41,167 bases of DNA, taken from positions 1-41,167 of the forward strand of contig SKIC01000178.1 in NCBI GenBank assembly GCA_007116685.1, in the 5' to 3' direction. Below the pieces are notes generated by a model that was given only the letters and a program-made list of their open reading frames with translations, was not told where the DNA came from and did not search any database. Source of the DNA: Balneolales bacterium. Its GTDB lineage: Bacteria; Bacteroidota; Rhodothermia; Balneolales; Natronogracilivirgulaceae. Below, one piece after another: positions 37,756 through 41,167 of this stretch; position 1 is the stretch's first letter; the number at the start of each line of letters is the position of its first letter. The translations under genes were made by a program, and so were the position numbers.

Positions 37756-40700
37756 TTAATCCCTGACTACAGTAACATTGAAATCACGAGTGGCAACACT
37801 GCATGATAGGCCTTTGTCATCAACCACTGTTAAGCGTACGGTATAATCGCCCGGCTGCTGATATGTGTGGGTAATTGTACGACCGGCTTTACGAGTGCCA
37901 TCACCCAAATCCCAGAAAAAGGTTAAAATATCCCCATCAGGATCAAAACTGCGGGAAGCATCAAAAATTGCTCGGTCTCCGGCAGCACCAATTCTGATTC
38001 TTTCCGGGACATCGGCATACACTTCAGGAGTACCATTTACCCGTATGCTTTGCCGGAAGGTTTGAGCTTGTGAAGGATCGCCGGAGCCATCATGCATCAC
38101 CACCCGAATATTATACTGGCCGGGTAATTGAAACGCCATTTCAGAAGCATCTGCAAAAGCAATATTTGTATTACCAATGAAAATATCTACTAATGATGAA
38201 TCTTCAGGGCTTAATGAAAAGGCATCGGGCAAATCTAATTCCACTCCCGGGCAAACTACTGTTGGCAATCTCATAGTGAGTTCCGGGCGATCAGAAACCA
38301 TTAATCTTCGTGTTGTACTCTGTGTGGAATTTGCAACACCCGCATCATCCAATACCGTAAGGGTGACGCTGTAATTACCATAACGCTCAAAAACACGTTC
38401 TACTCGTGTTCCTGTTGCACGGAAACCATCAGAGAAAAACCAACGGTATTCGGTAATCTCTCCATCATCAACGTAGGAGTCACTAGCATCAAATACCATT
38501 CGTGAACCTGGTTCCCCGCGCATAGGTCCCGTGATCACAGGTACCGGCGGAGCATTTACCCGAATTTCTTGTTCCATTTCCTGTACGCTTCCTGGATTTC
38601 CTCTGCCATCATCTAATCTAAAAACTACCGTGTAGGTTCCTGCGTTTTCAAAAGCATGAGTAACATCAAATCCTGAAGCTGTATTTCCATCACCAAAATC
38701 CCATATGGCTTCAAACTGCTCTCTCATTCTACCCAATCTTCCGCTAGGCTGAAAGCGATGAAGTTCGCCAGGGATTAGCGTTGGCGTAGCATTCAGCGTA
38801 AAAATTGGAGCTTCACTCACAGAAATCATTCTGGAATCTGTGGCAGAGTTTTGATCTGCGGATGTGAGAATCTCAACTTCCAGAGAAATGGTATAATCCC
38901 CGGCAGGCATATTAATGGTAGTAATGGGTAACCTTCCCTGATCTGACAAATCCTGAGAAGTGGCTGTATTACCATTTGAGTTTCGTTTTGTCCAGATTCT
39001 CGAAAACGTTTGAGTTTCAGCATCAAACTGGCTGTCTATAGACCATGTTATGGTTTGCAAAGAATCAATAGTCCATGTAAAACGCTGAATTTCTGCCCCG
39101 TCAGCTAACGAAGAAGAAGCATCCAAAACTAATTCATCAAACACGCTGATTTCATCCGGAATAAAAAATTCCGCAAATGGCTCTGGCTCAACAATTACCA
39201 GAATAGTATCCGTGCTTTCATTGGCACAGCGCCCAATTACGTTACCCACAACCGTTAATGTTACTTCGTATGTACCTGGTCTGTCATAACGATGCGATGG
39301 ACGAACTCCGCTACCTGTATTTCCATCACCGAAATCCCATATAAATTCGTTAAGAAAATCATCAGCTGCACGAGAACGACTTCCATCAAACTCAATTAAC
39401 TGGTTTGCAACTACAGTACGATTAGAACCAGCATCAGCCTGCGGATCACCAACTACACTTAAAAACTCGGTATGAGTTGCTACCGAATTGGGCATCCCTT
39501 CATTGTCATCAACGGTAAGAATAATTTCGTATCGGCCTTCTTCGGGAAACCTGTGACCTACGGTTTTACTTTGAGCCACGGAGCCATCCCCAAATTCCCA
39601 TACATAGCTCAGGGATTCGTTACCATCAGGATCGTAGGTCATACTCCCATCAAACATCACTGTGTCTTGAACGCAAACTACGCCCGGCGTTTGAAAAAAT
39701 ACTTCCGGCGGACGATTGATAAAGACATTCACCGTATCTGAAGATTGAGAATTCTCCAATCCCTGCTGATCATCAACCGTTAAAATCGCCTGAAATGTAC
39801 CCCCAAAACGATAGGTGTGCACCACAATAGGACCTGTTTTATGATTTCCATCTCCAAAATCCCAGAAATAGCGCAGTTCATCGCCATCCGGATCAAAAGA
39901 ACGGCTACCATCAAATATGATAGTTCTTCTATGGGTTCTTATATCATCATTAGCCACAGCAACCGGCGATTCATTAAATTGAAAACGTGCTTCTCCGGTA
40001 GTTATGGAGTTCTCCAGGCCGGCATCATCTGCTACTGCAAATTGAATGGTATTATTATTCCCCGGTCGAAATACAAATTTTCTGGTAGCATCACCGTTTT
40101 TCCATTCTCCATCAACTTTCCATAAATAGGACAACAAACCACCGTTCGGACTGTAGCTATCAGATAAGTCTACTTTCACAGGAGTACCGGGTTCTGCTCT
40201 TCTGGGATAATCAGCTACGAGTACCGGTGGTGCGTTTACATAAACTTCGTGGTAAGCAAATGCAATGGCGTCTTCCAGCCCGGAATCATCACGCACTGTA
40301 AGTTGTACCTGATAGGTTCCCGGGTTTTCAAATCTGTGAGTTACTTGACTTCCCCTTGCAGTATTTCCATCACCAAAATCCCACATAAATGCGCTTATTT
40401 CGCCATCTGGATCGTAAGAACGAGTTCCATCGAAAGTAATTTCACCACCTTTTGGGATGCGCTCTACAGCATCAATTCGTGCAACAGGAAGTTGATTTAC
40501 GGTAAGCATCATGGTATCTCTTTGCACAGAGGATAATGTTCGGGAATCATCCACTACGGTGAGTACAACCTGATATGTACCGGGACGCCGATAAATATGC
40601 TCTATTTCTTTGCCAACTCTAACGGTTCCATCACCTAAAGCCCATTGATATCTAATGATTTCACCATCTTCGTCATAACTTTCAGCACCAGATAATTGTA

Positions 40701-41167
40701 CGCGTCCGGAATTAACAATTGGATTACCTGTAATAATCGGAACAGGAGGAAAATTAACCCGAACTTGCATGGTATCGTACCCAACGGCGCCTTCGTTGTC
40801 GGTTACGCGTAATACAACATCATGCATTCCCGGTCGATCAAGAGCATGACGAACAACAGATCCTTCCACGACAGCGTCCTCAAAAATCCATTCGTGTCGT
40901 GCAATTCGTCCATCCGGATCAAACGAGCCTGAGCCATCGTAAGTGACCGGGTTACCCGGCGAAACATGCTTATCATCACCCGCATTTGCAATTGGTGGAC
41001 GATTTATACGAATATTATGCGTGGCTGAGGCAAGAGCATTAAAGGTCCCCGAGTTATCCCGAACCGTTAGCTTTATTTCGAAAGGACGATTCTGTGTAAT
41101 CTGATAGCTTACTTCTTCGCATGTAAACGTTTCGCCATCAATCTCCCTCTGAACAGAAACGATCTCA
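37756..41167 (-). CDS. Giant PKD-domain repeat protein, 5-prime partial (continues beyond the right window edge)
   Basis: At least 12 tandem PKD units carry the signature FDGS.S.DPDG.I..Y.WDFGDG......H.Y..PG.Y.V.LTV.DD. I translated 40870-41166 by hand in the same frame and found no stop, only further PKD sequence (...VTYDGSGSFDPDGRIARHEWIFEDAVVEGS...). The GTG at 40869 is therefore not the true start. Confidence 0.9.
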   Translation of the reverse strand, partial: EIVSVQREIDGETFTCEEVSYQITQNRPFEIKLTVRDNSGTFNALASATHNIRINRPPIANAGDDKHVSPGNPVTYDGSGSFDPDGRIARHEWIFEDAVVEGSVVRHALDRPGMHDVVLRVTDNEGAVGYDTMQVRVNFPPVPIITGNPIVNSGRVQLSGAESYDEDGEIIRYQWALGDGTVRVGKEIEHIYRRPGTYQVVLTVVDDSRTLSSVQRDTMMLTVNQLPVARIDAVERIPKGGEITFDGTRSYDPDGEISAFMWDFGDGNTARGSQVTHRFENPGTYQVQLTVRDDSGLEDAIAFAYHEVYVNAPPVLVADYPRRAEPGTPVKVDLSDSYSPNGGLLSYLWKVDGEWKNGDATRKFVFRPGNNNTIQFAVADDAGLENSITTGEARFQFNESPVAVANDDIRTHRRTIIFDGSRSFDPDGDELRYFWDFGDGNHKTGPIVVHTYRFGGTFQAILTVDDQQGLENSQSSDTVNVFINRPPEVFFQTPGVVCVQDTVMFDGSMTYDPDGNESLSYVWEFGDGSVAQSKTVGHRFPEEGRYEIILTVDDNEGMPNSVATHTEFLSVVGDPQADAGSNRTVVANQLIEFDGSRSRAADDFLNEFIWDFGDGNTGSGVRPSHRYDRPGTYEVTLTVVGNVIGRCANESTDTILVIVEPEPFAEFFIPDEISVFDELVLDASSSLADGAEIQRFTWTIDSLQTITWSIDSQFDAETQTFSRIWTKRNSNGNTATSQDLSDQGRLPITTINMPAGDYTISLEVEILTSADQNSATDSRMISVSEAPIFTLNATPTLIPGELHRFQPSGRLGRMREQFEAIWDFGDGNTASGFDVTHAFENAGTYTVVFRLDDGRGNPGSVQEMEQEIRVNAPPVPVITGPMRGEPGSRMVFDASDSYVDDGEITEYRWFFSDGFRATGTRVERVFERYGNYSVTLTVLDDAGVANSTQSTTRRLMVSDRPELTMRLPTVVCPGVELDLPDAFSLSPEDSSLVDIFIGNTNIAFADASEMAFQLPGQYNIRVVMHDGSGDPSQAQTFRQSIRVNGTPEVYADVPERIRIGAAGDRAIFDASRSFDPDGDILTFFWDLGDGTRKAGRTITHTYQQPGDYTVRLTVVDDKGLSCSVATRDFNVTVVRD

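Noticed and set aside
37756-41167. Periodic DNA-level repetition of about 260-270 bp.
   Set aside because: It is fully explained by tandem PKD domains within one open reading frame. The units are diverged at the nucleotide level.

Overview
This is a 41.2 kb chromosomal segment, probably from an FCB-group bacterium (Balneolaeota, Rhodothermaeota or Bacteroidota-like). That guess is an inference from a T9SS type-A C-terminal sorting domain, a TamA/TamB pair and Y_Y_Y/beta-propeller sensor architectures. Most genes lie on the minus strand and are ordinary housekeeping or envelope functions. They include a SpoIIE/PP2C sensor phosphatase, an M28 peptidase, a tricorn-like S41 protease, glycine dehydrogenase GcvP, a GroES-like protein, TamA/TamB, an M14 carboxypeptidase, a YdbS/YdbT-like PH-domain pair, DJ-1/PfpI, GNAT, MscS, Dps, RluA, a TPR protein and a giant PKD-repeat protein that is 5-prime truncated by the right window edge. 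There is one tRNA-Pro(GGG). A small accessory stretch at about 5.0-10 kb carries a DUF433/DUF5615 toxin-antitoxin pair, a DUF4405-like membrane protein, arsR-acr3 and a patatin-like phospholipase. I did not recognise a new multi-gene protein system such as a defence island, and there is no CRISPR array, integrase or transposase. The most unusual signal is noncoding. A family of GC-rich intergenic elements with nested inverted repeats occurs at 5173, 6574-6866, 9868-9975 and 13670-13880. Two copies end in tandem plus-strand intrinsic-terminator hairpins even though all flanking genes are on the minus strand. A 41-nt direct repeat of this element (38/41 identical) brackets the toxin-antitoxin cassette. 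Separately, the first 37 nt of the window exactly duplicate an internal piece of the M28 peptidase gene. All functional calls come from reading the translated ORFs and the DNA by eye; no database search was run.
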